Made by a program: the position numbers and the translations under genes
Notes under the pieces: generated by a model
Seen by the model: only the letters and a program-made list of their open reading frames with translations
Told to the model about the DNA's origin: nothing
Databases searched by the model: none
Shown here: one piece after another, positions 49,870-59,270 of the stretch
Numbering within the stretch: the stretch's first letter is position 1
Layout of the letters: each line of letters opens with the position of its first letter
NCBI GenBank assembly: GCA_963822965.1
Contig: CAWGJT010000005.1
Coordinates: 1,248,001 to 1,312,000, forward strand
Source: an uncultured delta proteobacterium
Lineage (GTDB): Bacteria; Myxococcota_A; UBA9160; UBA4427
Direction: 5' to 3'
Length of the DNA: 64,000 bases

Positions 49870-50269
49870 GCTGCTCGGGGTGGCGCTGAGGGGCTCTCAG
49901 TACCTTGGGCATCCCGAAGTTGGCAAAGCGTGGCAAACCGTGCCCTGGCTGGTCCGTCGGAAGCTACGGAAGGCCGCATCCCGGGCCCGGCCGCCCCGGT
50001 CGACATCGCGCCGACGCTCGCCGCCTGAGTCGGGATCCCCGCGCCGAAGGGCCTCGACGGCCACGCGCTGCCGCTGCGCCGAGGCGCTGCCCGGCACAGC
50101 GAGTCGACCCAGCGGACGCGGTCGCTGCGCTCGCCTGCACGAACACGTTAGGCCGGCGCCCCCGAACCCGACAGGGCGATCCCCGCCTGGCCGCAGTCCA
50201 TCACACAATCATCCAACTCCGGTGACACGGATTCCGGTTAGGGTGAGAGTCGAACAAGGAGGACTGCAC

Positions 50270-51037
50270 ATGCTCCACTGCCCGATCGAAGGCGGCCCCA
50301 GGCGAACCGTCCTGCTCTGGATCGCGTTCCTCGCATTCGCGACGCCCTCGACGGCTCACGCGACGGCGTCCTACTCGGTCACCGCCCAGCTGGTGTTGAC
50401 GCTGGTCACGATGCAGGGAGACGTGAGCGTCACAGCGTACACCGACGGGCCGGTGGACTACGGCGAGTCCACCCTCGGCGCCGCCACGGCCGACATGGCC
50501 GCGGGCATCACCCCCGACCCGTTCGCGGGCACGCGGTTCGGGGTCGGCGACTCGATCGTCCTGGCGGCATCGGCTTCGGGATACGCCCTCGACGGGACGG
50601 CGGACTCCCACATGTTCTACGAAGCGGTTCTCTTCATCGGCTTCGCGACGGGCGGATACGTCGAGTTCGCCTACGACTACGCGCTCGACGCCGACACGGC
50701 GGCGAGCGCGCCCTCCGACGAGGCCGTCGGCACGGCCGCCGCCTACCTCACCGAGGCCGGCGACCCGTACCTGCCCCTCGACAGCGCGCACGGAGACAGC
50801 ACCTCTCCATACGTCTTCGACTTCTTCGGCATGCCGCACCTCACCCCGGTGACGGCCTCCGGAACGCTCGTCATCGATTCCAGCCAGCTCTTCCGAGCGA
50901 GCGTCTGGACCACCGGGCACGCTAGGGCGGTGCCGGAGCCAGCGACCGCGACCCTGCTCGGGCTCGGACTCGGTCTGCTCGCGACCGGGCGACGATCATC
51001 CGGCGGCTCCGAGATGCAGCGGGGGGAGAGCCGATGA
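50270..51037 (+). CDS. Secreted PEP-CTERM protein
   Basis: AGGAGG RBS; signal ...ATPSTAHA; C-terminal AVPEPATATLLGLGLGLLATGRR. Confidence 0.88.
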   Translation: MLHCPIEGGPRRTVLLWIAFLAFATPSTAHATASYSVTAQLVLTLVTMQGDVSVTAYTDGPVDYGESTLGAATADMAAGITPDPFAGTRFGVGDSIVLAASASGYALDGTADSHMFYEAVLFIGFATGGYVEFAYDYALDADTAASAPSDEAVGTAAAYLTEAGDPYLPLDSAHGDSTSPYVFDFFGMPHLTPVTASGTLVIDSSQLFRASVWTTGHARAVPEPATATLLGLGLGLLATGRRSSGGSEMQRGESR

Positions 51038-51307
51038 GTCCGACCCTCCGACTCACGTTCGTCCTGTTTGCACTCCTCTCCTTCCTCACCTCGGCCTCCG
51101 TGGCCGACGCCGTGCCGTTCCGCCTGCAGGCCGTGGCAGACGGCGAGGTCTTCGACCACGGGCTCGACGGCTTCGACACGATCGACCCGCTCCTGTCCCG
51201 ATCGAGCTTCAACGCCTGCGCGTTGGGATGCACGGCCCGTCGCTGAGCCGTGCCGTCTTCGAGTTCGACCTCGACGCCCTGCCCCCGGACGTCTCGACGA
51301 GTTCGAT
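51034..51307 (+). pseudogene. N-terminal fragment of a secreted protein, cut by repeat copy 4
   Basis: Signal MSPTLRLTFVLFALLSFLTSASVADA, then ...RAVFEFDLDALP (other frame) running into the repeat. Confidence 0.65.
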
Positions 51308-51368
51308 GGGCATAGGACGAATAAGCCCCGCTTTGGCTGAACGTCCGGGTAGGGGTGTTATGTCAATC
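51308..51368 (+). repeat. dif-like repeat, copy 4 (closest to the XerD consensus)
   Basis: 47/60 identical to copy 1; core ACGTCCGGGTA-GGGGTG-TTATGTCAATC. Confidence 0.88.
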
Positions 51369-51394
51369 TTTCCTCCGGGGTCATGGCGGCGGGG

Positions 51395-52102
51395 CTGGAG
51401 TGTCTGGGCGCCCATCAGCTCGAGGGCGAGATTGCTGATGCGCTTGTTGGCTGTCAGCAGATCGGGGTCGATCAGGCTGAAGCGGTCGGCCAGCCCCTCC
51501 ACCTCGTCCTCGAGCACGTCGGCAGGCGCGGCCTTCATCACCAGGCCGATCTTCTCGGCGTCCGCCCCAGTCACGGAGTCCCCTGTCAGCTACAGCCGCT
51601 TCGCCCACTGCGGGCCGCAGTGATACATCCAGAGGTTGTTGGGCAGAGCGCCCATCGCGCGCGCGGCGGGAAAGCCGATCCGAGCATCCTCTGCAGCGAC
51701 CACGATGTCGCACGCCAGGGCGAGATCGGTCCCCCCGGCGAGACAATTGCCGTGCACCTGCGCGATGGAGGGCTTGTGCATCTCCCAGGGCGTCCGGATC
51801 CGGCGGTTGTTCTGCTCGATCAGCCAGATGTCGTCATCGTGGGTGCGGCCCGTTCGACGACCCGGCCGCTTCTTGCCGCCGAGTGCCGTGAGATCGTATC
51901 CGGAGCAGAACGAGGCCCCTTCCCCCTTCAGGATCACGCTGTGCACGGCGCAGTCGTCATCCGCCTCCCACAGCGCGTGCTCGAGCTCTTCCAGGAGCCG
52001 GGGCGTCATTGCGTTGTGCGTCTTGGGACGCGCCAGCGTGATGCGCGCCCGGCCGTCCTCGACCTCGTAGCGGATGTCTTCGTAGCTCGTGTTCACGTCC
52101 AC
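51395..52102 (-). pseudogene. Enoyl-CoA hydratase/crotonase pseudogene
   Basis: FCSGYDL, HGNCLAGG; in-frame TAG at 51590-51592 (KRL*LTGDSVTG); C-terminus truncated next to repeat copy 4. Confidence 0.82.
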
Positions 52103-52137
52103 CCCGTTGCCGTCCTCCTCGGGGTTCGCATTCCTGG

Positions 52138-53409
52138 TCAGGAAGCTGCGGCCTGGCTCACTCGGTAGCGAATCGGGAGCCGCTTCAAGCCCACGACGAA
52201 GCTGGACGCGATCCGGAGCGGGTCACCTGCGAGCTCCAGAGCGTCGATCCGGCCGACCAGCTCCCGCAGCAGCGCGCACTGCGACTGGCGGGCCAGGTGG
52301 GCGCCGAGGCAGAAGTGCTCGCCGATCCCGAATGCGAGGTGCCGGTTCGGATCGCGGTCGATGCGGAAGGTGGTATGGATCCTCGAAGACCGACTCGTCC
52401 CGATTCGCCGAGGCGTAGAAGAGCACGAGGTTCTCCCCTTCGCGGAGCTTCTGCCCGCGGAACTCCGTGTCCTCCGCCACGACGCGCTTCATGTAGTTGA
52501 CGGGCGACACCCAGCGCAGGATCTCCTCCACCGCGCTCGGCACCAGATCCGGATTCCGTTTCAGCTTCTCGAACTCGCCCGGGTGCTCGGCCAGGGCGTG
52601 GATGCCGCCGGCGAGGGCGTTCTTCGTGGTGTCGTGCCCTGCAGTAAAGGTGATCAGGTAGTAGCCGAGGGTCTCCATCATCCCCATGGGCTCCCCGTTC
52701 ACCTTCGCGTTGGCGAGCACGGTCGCCAGATCGTCCCTCGGCTTCGCGCGGCGGTCTTCGATGATCCCGTTGAAGAGCTGGAAGAACTCCATTGCCAGCG
52801 CCATCACCGCCTGACTCCGATCCTCGCCCTCGCGCTGGAGATCGGGGTCGTCCGCGGCGAACAGCGCGTTCGTGAGCCGGAGTAGCTGGGGCTCCATGCT
52901 CGCGCGATACCCCGAGAATCGTGGAGAGCACGCGAAGCGGGTGTGCGGCGGCGATCTCGTTCGCGAACTCGCATTCCCCCTCGCCGCCGCTGGCACGCTC
53001 GACCAGCCCGTCCACCAGGGCGCGGGCGCTCTCCTGGGCGATCGGGGCGATGCGGTCGATGGCACGCGGCGTGAACCAGGGGGCGGCGACCTTGCGATAG
53101 TCCCGATGCTCCGGCGGATCCATCACGAGGATGGCGCGCATCTGTCCGATTCCCTGGTTCGCTTCGAGGATCCGCTTCTGCTCCTGGCTCTCGAGCACGA
53201 TGCCCAAGCGATTGAGGAAGCGCTGCGGCTGCTTCGAGATCTCGCTGATCTGGTCGTGACGCACGATGGGATAGAAGGCGTCGAAGCCCTCCGGTCGAAC
53301 AGTGGTGCAGCCGGTCCAGCTTTCGCAGCGCGCGCCACTGATCGTGGGGGACGCCGCGCTCGCCGTAGGCCTGCGGCGCGATCAGGTCGAAGCCGTCGAT
53401 TTCGGTCAT
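52138..53409 (-). CDS. Cytochrome P450 (CYP125/142/108-like; about 3 frameshifts)
   Basis: MDPPEHRDYRK, TAGHDTT, EEILRW, HLAFGIGEHFCLG. Confidence 0.9.
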
Positions 53410-53431
53410 CTGCACTACTCCCGTCGACCCG

Positions 53432-54616
53432 TCAGAGGGGGCGACGCTCGTTCAGCGCCGCCGCGTTCCGGTAGAGGATCTTCTCCTGGTCGGCGGCTGC
53501 GATCCCGTCCAGCTCGTCGAGAAGGTCGCGTCGGGTGCTCCAGGCCCTCCATGTGGGGCCAGTCCGACCCGAGGATCACCCGGTCGGCGCCCATGTGACC
53601 GATCACCTCGGCGACGTCGTCCTCCCAGAAGGGATTGATCCAGACGTGCCGCCGGAACACGTCCACGGGGTCTTCCTTGAAGTAGCCGCGGACGCGCTTC
53701 TTGGTGCGATCGAGGCTGCGCAGCAGAGTCGCCGAGGAACTCCGAGCCGTTCTCGACCGAGGCGATGCGCAGGTTCGGAGAAGCGTTCGAAGAGCCGGTC
53801 GAAGACCAGGCTCGCCAGGAAGTCGTTGATGTTCCGGGCGCGGTGGAAGTTCGTGACGCTCGGACGCGGGCCGAGGCCGAGGGGGTCGAGGCTTCGAACG
53901 TCGTAGCCGTTGCTGTCGTGGCGGGTGGCACCGATGTGGGTCACGACGGTGATGCCGGCCTCGTTCACGCGGGCCCAGAAGGGATCGAAGTCCTTGTGAC
54001 CCGGGTTGCGCGGTCCGCTTCGCGTGAAGACGGCGGCCGGCCGCATCACCAGGATCCGCGCGTCGCGCGCGAGCGCCCACTCGAGCTGCTCGCAGGCCCA
54101 GTCGACGTCCGCCAAGGTGATGTAGGGCGAGGTGAAGATGCGGTCCTCGTAGGTGAGCCCCCAGTCCTCGTCGAGCCACTGATTGAAGGCGCCGAAGGTC
54201 GTGCAAAGCGCATCTACGTCCTTCTTCAGCGGCTCCTCGTAGAGGACGCCCAGCGTGGGGAAGAGCCAGGCGCCCGCGAGGCCCTGCGCGTCCATGCGCG
54301 CGATCCGCGCGTCGCGGTCCATGTACTCGGGCGGCATCGGCTCGAGCGAGGAGCGGATCAGCTCGACGCTGGTCAGGCCGCGCGGGTTGCCGCTGAAGTA
54401 CTCGCGCAGCACGCCCGGCTTGGAGATGGGGTTGAAGGTGGGGTTCCCGGAGCGATCGATCTTGCCGCCGACGACCTGGTACTTGCGCCCGTCCTCGAGC
54501 TCGACCCACTCCACACAGCGGGATCGCATCCGCTTCGGCACGTGCCGGGTGAAGGCGTCGTGCGCCTCGTAGTAGTGGTTGTCGGCGTCGAAGATCTCGC
54601 CCTGGTAGCTGGCCAT
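53432..54616 (-). CDS. Amidohydrolase_2 family protein (about 3 frameshifts)
   Basis: FDADNHYYE, FPTLG, VENGSE, GSDWPHMEG. Confidence 0.9.
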
Positions 54617-54672
54617 GCCTGCCTCCTCCCACGAGCGGGTTGCGCGGCACCTCGCGCGGAGTGACCGGTGTC

Positions 54673-54701
54673 TTGCAGTGGCTCAATTAGTATCATAGTT
54701 T
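54673..54701 (+). promoter_or_regulatory. Putative sigma70 promoter for the acyl-CoA synthetase
   Basis: TTGCAG-17 bp-TAGTTT in an AT-rich divergent intergenic region. Confidence 0.55.
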
Positions 54702-54745
54702 GGGAGACGCGGGAAGCAGCGAAGCAGCGATGGAGGACGAAGCGC

Positions 54746-56308
54746 ATGGATCCGGGATTCCACGCCCAGAACAACCCGGACAAGGCCGCCGCCATCCACG
54801 CGCGCACGGGCGAGGTGCTGAGCTACGCCGAGCTCGATGCGGGCTCCAACCGCCTCGCGCAGCTCCTGTGGTCCGAAGGCCTGCGTCCAGGCGACCACAT
54901 CGCGGTCTTCCTCGAGAACCACCTCCGCTACTTCGAGGTCGTCTGGGCGGCGCTCCGTTCCGGACTCTATGTCACGACCGTCAACCGCTACCTGACCGGC
55001 CCGGAGGCCGGCTACATCGTGGACGACTGCGGCGCACGGGTGCTGGTGTCATCGCGGGCAGTCCATGAGGCCGCTTCGATGATTCCCGAGCAAGCGCCGG
55101 GCTGCCGACGCTTCCTGGTGGTCGACGGACCGCCCGAGGGAGCCTCGGAGCACTTCGAGAGCTACGAGGAGGCGCTGAACGAGCAGCCCGCCGAGCCCCT
55201 GGAAGAAGAGCCGCTCGGCGAGTTCATGCTCTACAGCTCGGGCACCACCGGCCGACCGAAGGGGATCGCGCGACCGCTCTCGGGCCGGCCGGTTTCGAAG
55301 GGGCTGGCGATGGGGGTCACGCTGAAGGGACTGTTTCGCGCGGATGCCGACACGGTGTACCTCTCGCCCGCTCCTCTCTACCACTCGGCGCCCATCGGCT
55401 TCACGACAGCCATCCAGTCTCTCGGCGGGACGGTCGTCATGATGGACCGCTTCGACGCCCGTGACGCGTTGCAGGCCCTCGAGAAGTACGCCGTCACGCA
55501 CAGCCAGTGGGTGCCCACCATGTTCTCGCGCATGCTGAAGCTCCCGGAGGAAGAGCGCGCACGCTTCGATCTCTCCGCGCACCGCGTGGCGATCCACGCG
55601 GCGGCGCCCTGCCCTCGAAAGGTGAAGGAGGAGATGTTCGCCTGGTGGGGCCCGATCCTGCACGAGTACTACGCGGGAACCGAGACGAACGGCTTGACGT
55701 ACGTGGGTCCCGAGGACTGGCTGGCCCATCCCGGCACCGTCGGTCGCGCCGTGATGGGCAAGATCCACATCTGCAACGAGGACGGCACGGAGCTTCCGAC
55801 CGGAGAGCCGGGCATCGTGTACTTCGAGCGAGACCGGCTGCCCTTTTCCTACCACAAGGATGCGGAGAAGACGCGAAGCGCCCAACATCCGCAGCATCCC
55901 ACGTGGACGGCCCTCGGCGACATCGGCTACGTCGATGAGGAGGGCTACCTCTACCTGACCGATCGGGCGTCATTCATGATCATCTCCGGCGGCGTCAACA
56001 TCTATCCACAGGAGATCGAGAACGAGCTGATCATGCACCCCAAGGTCGAGGACGTGGCCGTGATCGGCGTGCCGCACCCCGAGTTCGGTGAAGAGGTGAA
56101 GGCCATCGTCCAGCTCGTCGCGGGCGTGGACGCCGAACCGACGCTGGCCGACGAGTTGCTCGCGTTCGCGCGAGAGCGCCTGGCGGCCTACAAGTGCCCC
56201 CGCTCGGTCGACTTCGAGGCGGAGCTCCCCCGTCTCCCCACCGGCAAGCTCTACAAGCGGTTGCTCAAGGATCGCTACTGGGGCGACAAGACCAGCCGGA
56301 TCGTCTGA
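54746..56308 (+). CDS. Acyl-CoA synthetase (FadD4-like)
   Basis: YSSGTTGRPKG, YYAGTE, GDIGY, IISGGVNIYPQE, PRLPTGK. Confidence 0.95.
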   Translation: MDPGFHAQNNPDKAAAIHARTGEVLSYAELDAGSNRLAQLLWSEGLRPGDHIAVFLENHLRYFEVVWAALRSGLYVTTVNRYLTGPEAGYIVDDCGARVLVSSRAVHEAASMIPEQAPGCRRFLVVDGPPEGASEHFESYEEALNEQPAEPLEEEPLGEFMLYSSGTTGRPKGIARPLSGRPVSKGLAMGVTLKGLFRADADTVYLSPAPLYHSAPIGFTTAIQSLGGTVVMMDRFDARDALQALEKYAVTHSQWVPTMFSRMLKLPEEERARFDLSAHRVAIHAAAPCPRKVKEEMFAWWGPILHEYYAGTETNGLTYVGPEDWLAHPGTVGRAVMGKIHICNEDGTELPTGEPGIVYFERDRLPFSYHKDAEKTRSAQHPQHPTWTALGDIGYVDEEGYLYLTDRASFMIISGGVNIYPQEIENELIMHPKVEDVAVIGVPHPEFGEEVKAIVQLVAGVDAEPTLADELLAFARERLAAYKCPRSVDFEAELPRLPTGKLYKRLLKDRYWGDKTSRIV

Positions 56309-56949
56309 GGCGATCGACGACGGTCAAGCGCCTCGCAGGTTGCATGGCCGCTCTCCCAGCAACAACTGCGAGAGCTTCGAGTCGATGGCCTGACTCGCAA
56401 GTCGATTCGAGCCCGTTCCGCAAGGCGTCAGGTCACCGCCCCCGACTGTGACTAGAAGCGGTACCGCCATGGGTGTCCGCCTGGGCGTGCCCGCGGGCTC
56501 GGCAGTGGAGCCCCCGCCGCAGTGCGCCGCCGGCGATGCCTCGCCGGTCGTCGCGCCCATCGGGCAACGCGAGCTGCGAGCCGCCGAGCCCGGCTCTTCG
56601 CGGCAGATCGCCGACGCGGCGGCGCTCACCCAAGAGGAGGTGCGTGCCGCGTGCGCGACGAAGGCGAACTATCATGAGACCCGGCTCACCCTGCGATTCA
56701 CGCCCGCCAGCTCCTGGGCCGAGGTCGACACACTGCTCGCCGAGCCGGCGCGGACGGCGGCCCCGAGCGATCGGACCCGCGACCAATCCTCACACGGGCC
56801 GTGCGTCTGTGGCGTTGCGCCTCAACTGGGATTCACGTTGCGCTTCCCTCCGATGGCGCTTGCCAGCGGCCTCTCGCCCATGTCACAATCGAGATGACCT
56901 GGCTCGTCGTGCGCCACGCGGCGGCATCGGCATCTTGGAGGTGGCGACG

Positions 56950-59196
56950 ATGCACAGACTTCTTTCGCTTTCTTGTTCTTGTCGCCGGGCATCCAATTCC
57001 TGGGCTCTCTGGCTGGTGGCCATCGCCTGGTTGGGGCTGGGCGGCTCGGCGGGAGCGCAGACACCGCCCCCGGATCTGGGCACCTCGGTCGAGGCGTGCG
57101 TCAGCTGCCACGCAACCGGCGCCTTCGCCCAGGTCGGCGACGTGAACGATCCCTTCGACGTCCACTACGTCGATCTCGATCCGCAAGGTCCGGAGACGCA
57201 GTCGGGCTACCGACAGATCCACATCGCCCTCTCCTCCGTCGACGTCACCGGCATGCAGGTGGTGCTGGAGTTCAGCGCGACCGACGAGAACGGCGGTCCG
57301 GTCGACAACCTCTTCGACTCGGACGGCCGCTTCACTCTCGCGCGGCTCGTCGAGGGCGCCACGACCGGCGACCCCACCGATTGGCACCGGCTGGTGACGG
57401 GCGAACGCTTCACGACCAGCGGCGGCCTCTTCGAATACCTCGGCAGCGGCAGCTACCGCTACACCTCGGTCTACGACCCCACCACCACCCCGATCGCGGC
57501 CGGTGACACCCTGCGCCTCGCGGTCCAGATGTACGCCGGCGACATTCCGCCCGGCAACGGATGGTGCGACTTCGACGCCGACCTGATGACGGCCAACGAC
57601 TGCACCAGCCCCGTGAGCCTCACCCGGGACATCGTGCAGACCTCCAACTGCAACAGCTGCCACGGCGTGACCAGCGACACCATGCTGCGCGTGCATGGCG
57701 GCCGCACCCAGGTGCAGTACTGCGTCACGTGTCACAACCCGGATCTTGGCGACTATGACATGACGAACATGGTCCACAAGATCCACTACGGGGCGAACCT
57801 CACCAACGGCTTCCCACCGTTCGACGACGTCCAGTACACCCGGGACATCGACAACTGCCTCTCGTGCCACGGCGGCAGCGGCGTCGACGCGGACAACTGG
57901 GAGATGGTTCCGTCCCGACGCGCCTGCGGGTCGTGCCATGACGACGTCGACTTCGACACGGGCGCCGGTCACCCCTCGGCCGGCGCGCAGCCCACCAACC
58001 GCTTCTGCCAGAACTGCCACCCGCCCACGGGCGTCCGCACGGACAGCCTGCTGCCCGTCTCGGTGGTGCACCAGGGCGCGGCCCGCGCCGCCGAGGGCGC
58101 CCTGTATCGCGGGGGCTCCAACGGCTTCTCGATCGACGACGTGAGCTTCGACCGCGTCGCCGAGACGGTCACCATCGACTACTCGGTGACCCGGGACGGC
58201 CAGAAGATGATCCTGCAGAGCGATCCGCGCTGGAGCAACGGCGCCGCGCTGCGCTTCCGGATTGGCTGGAGCACCGACGACTACACCAACGAGGGAAGCG
58301 GCAGCACGCCCGCACAGCCGTTCGCGGTGAACGCGCTCAACGTGGGCGGCGTCGTCGCGGACCTGGGCGGCGGCAACTACCGCACCGTGGTCGACGTCTC
58401 GAGCTTCGGCTTCGGTACCGTGGCGATCGGCCTCGAGGGACATCCCCAGGCCGACCTCACCGACGACATGGTGGCCAACTACGTCCGCATCCCCGTGAAG
58501 GACGCGATCGCATTCGTCAGCATCGAAAATCGCGCCCCGACCGAGCCCCGGCGCCAGGTGATCGACATCACCAAGTGCAACCAGTGTCACGACCACTCCG
58601 GGGCGGGGCTCTCGCTGCACGGCGACAACCGCTCGGGCAACGAGCAGGTGTGCGTGCTCTGCCACAACGCGAACGCGACGGACATCTCCCAGCGACCCGC
58701 GCCCCCGATGCCGACGGCGGACGGCAAGCCCGAGGAAGCCATCGACTTCAAGCGCCTGATCCACGGCATCCACACCGGAGCGGATCTCGCCCAGGGCCTC
58801 GTCATCTACGGCTTCAACGGATCGGTGAACGACTTCTCGACGGTCGAGTTCATCGGGAACACCCGGAATTGCCTCACCTGCCACCTGCCCGGCACCTACG
58901 GAGCCGAGAATGCGGCCGAGACCCTGCCGTCCACGGTGATCACCGGGGCGGACCTGGCGGACCCCGAGGACGACCTGAACATCTCGTCGGTGGCCTCGGT
59001 GTGCTCGTCGTGCCACGACGACCAGATCGCGAAGAACCACATGCTGCTCGGCGGAGCGTCGTTCGTGGCGTACGACGCGGACATCGTGGCGGTGCCGGAG
59101 CCGGGGACGGTCGTCTCTCTGTTGGCGGGGTGCGGGCTGCTGAACCTGCTCTCGCGCCGCCGACGCAGAGCGGGGAACCGAACGCCGGGTCGTTGA
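56950..59196 (+). CDS. OmcA/MtrC-family decaheme cytochrome c with a C-terminal PEP-CTERM
   Basis: 10 CxxCH counted; MVHKIHYG and FKRLIHGIH motifs; signal ...GGSAGA-Q; ends AVPEPGTVVSLLAGCGLLNLLSRRRRR. Confidence 0.9.
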   Translation: MHRLLSLSCSCRRASNSWALWLVAIAWLGLGGSAGAQTPPPDLGTSVEACVSCHATGAFAQVGDVNDPFDVHYVDLDPQGPETQSGYRQIHIALSSVDVTGMQVVLEFSATDENGGPVDNLFDSDGRFTLARLVEGATTGDPTDWHRLVTGERFTTSGGLFEYLGSGSYRYTSVYDPTTTPIAAGDTLRLAVQMYAGDIPPGNGWCDFDADLMTANDCTSPVSLTRDIVQTSNCNSCHGVTSDTMLRVHGGRTQVQYCVTCHNPDLGDYDMTNMVHKIHYGANLTNGFPPFDDVQYTRDIDNCLSCHGGSGVDADNWEMVPSRRACGSCHDDVDFDTGAGHPSAGAQPTNRFCQNCHPPTGVRTDSLLPVSVVHQGAARAAEGALYRGGSNGFSIDDVSFDRVAETVTIDYSVTRDGQKMILQSDPRWSNGAALRFRIGWSTDDYTNEGSGSTPAQPFAVNALNVGGVVADLGGGNYRTVVDVSSFGFGTVAIGLEGHPQADLTDDMVANYVRIPVKDAIAFVSIENRAPTEPRRQVIDITKCNQCHDHSGAGLSLHGDNRSGNEQVCVLCHNANATDISQRPAPPMPTADGKPEEAIDFKRLIHGIHTGADLAQGLVIYGFNGSVNDFSTVEFIGNTRNCLTCHLPGTYGAENAAETLPSTVITGADLADPEDDLNISSVASVCSSCHDDQIAKNHMLLGGASFVAYDADIVAVPEPGTVVSLLAGCGLLNLLSRRRRRAGNRTPGR

Positions 59197-59270
59197 GTCC
59201 CGGGGCGCGTCCGACGGAGTGCGGCTCGCGCGCCGAGCGGCGTCGACCGCCGACCCACCGGAGTGCTAGC

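Noticed and set aside
49825..49900. Complete tRNA-Arg gene
   Set aside because: The 5' acceptor strand, D-arm and 5' anticodon stem cannot be formed; reported only as a fragment.
37651..51368. 67-bp repeats as a CRISPR array, integron attC sites or group II intron ends
   Set aside because: Copies are kilobases apart with mixed orientation, and no cas, integron integrase or RT gene is present. There are no RYYYAAC/GTTRRRY ends or full-length palindrome. CCCCTACTCG resembles an intron 3' end but there is no domain V.
51590..51592. In-frame TAG as pyrrolysine or readthrough
   Set aside because: The position fits a hydrophobic residue (probably TTG>TAG), the gene is also truncated, and no pyl genes are seen.
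56448..56897. 149-aa ORF between the acyl-CoA synthetase and the cytochromes
   Set aside because: No recognisable motif or clear RBS; possibly a gene fragment, so not called.
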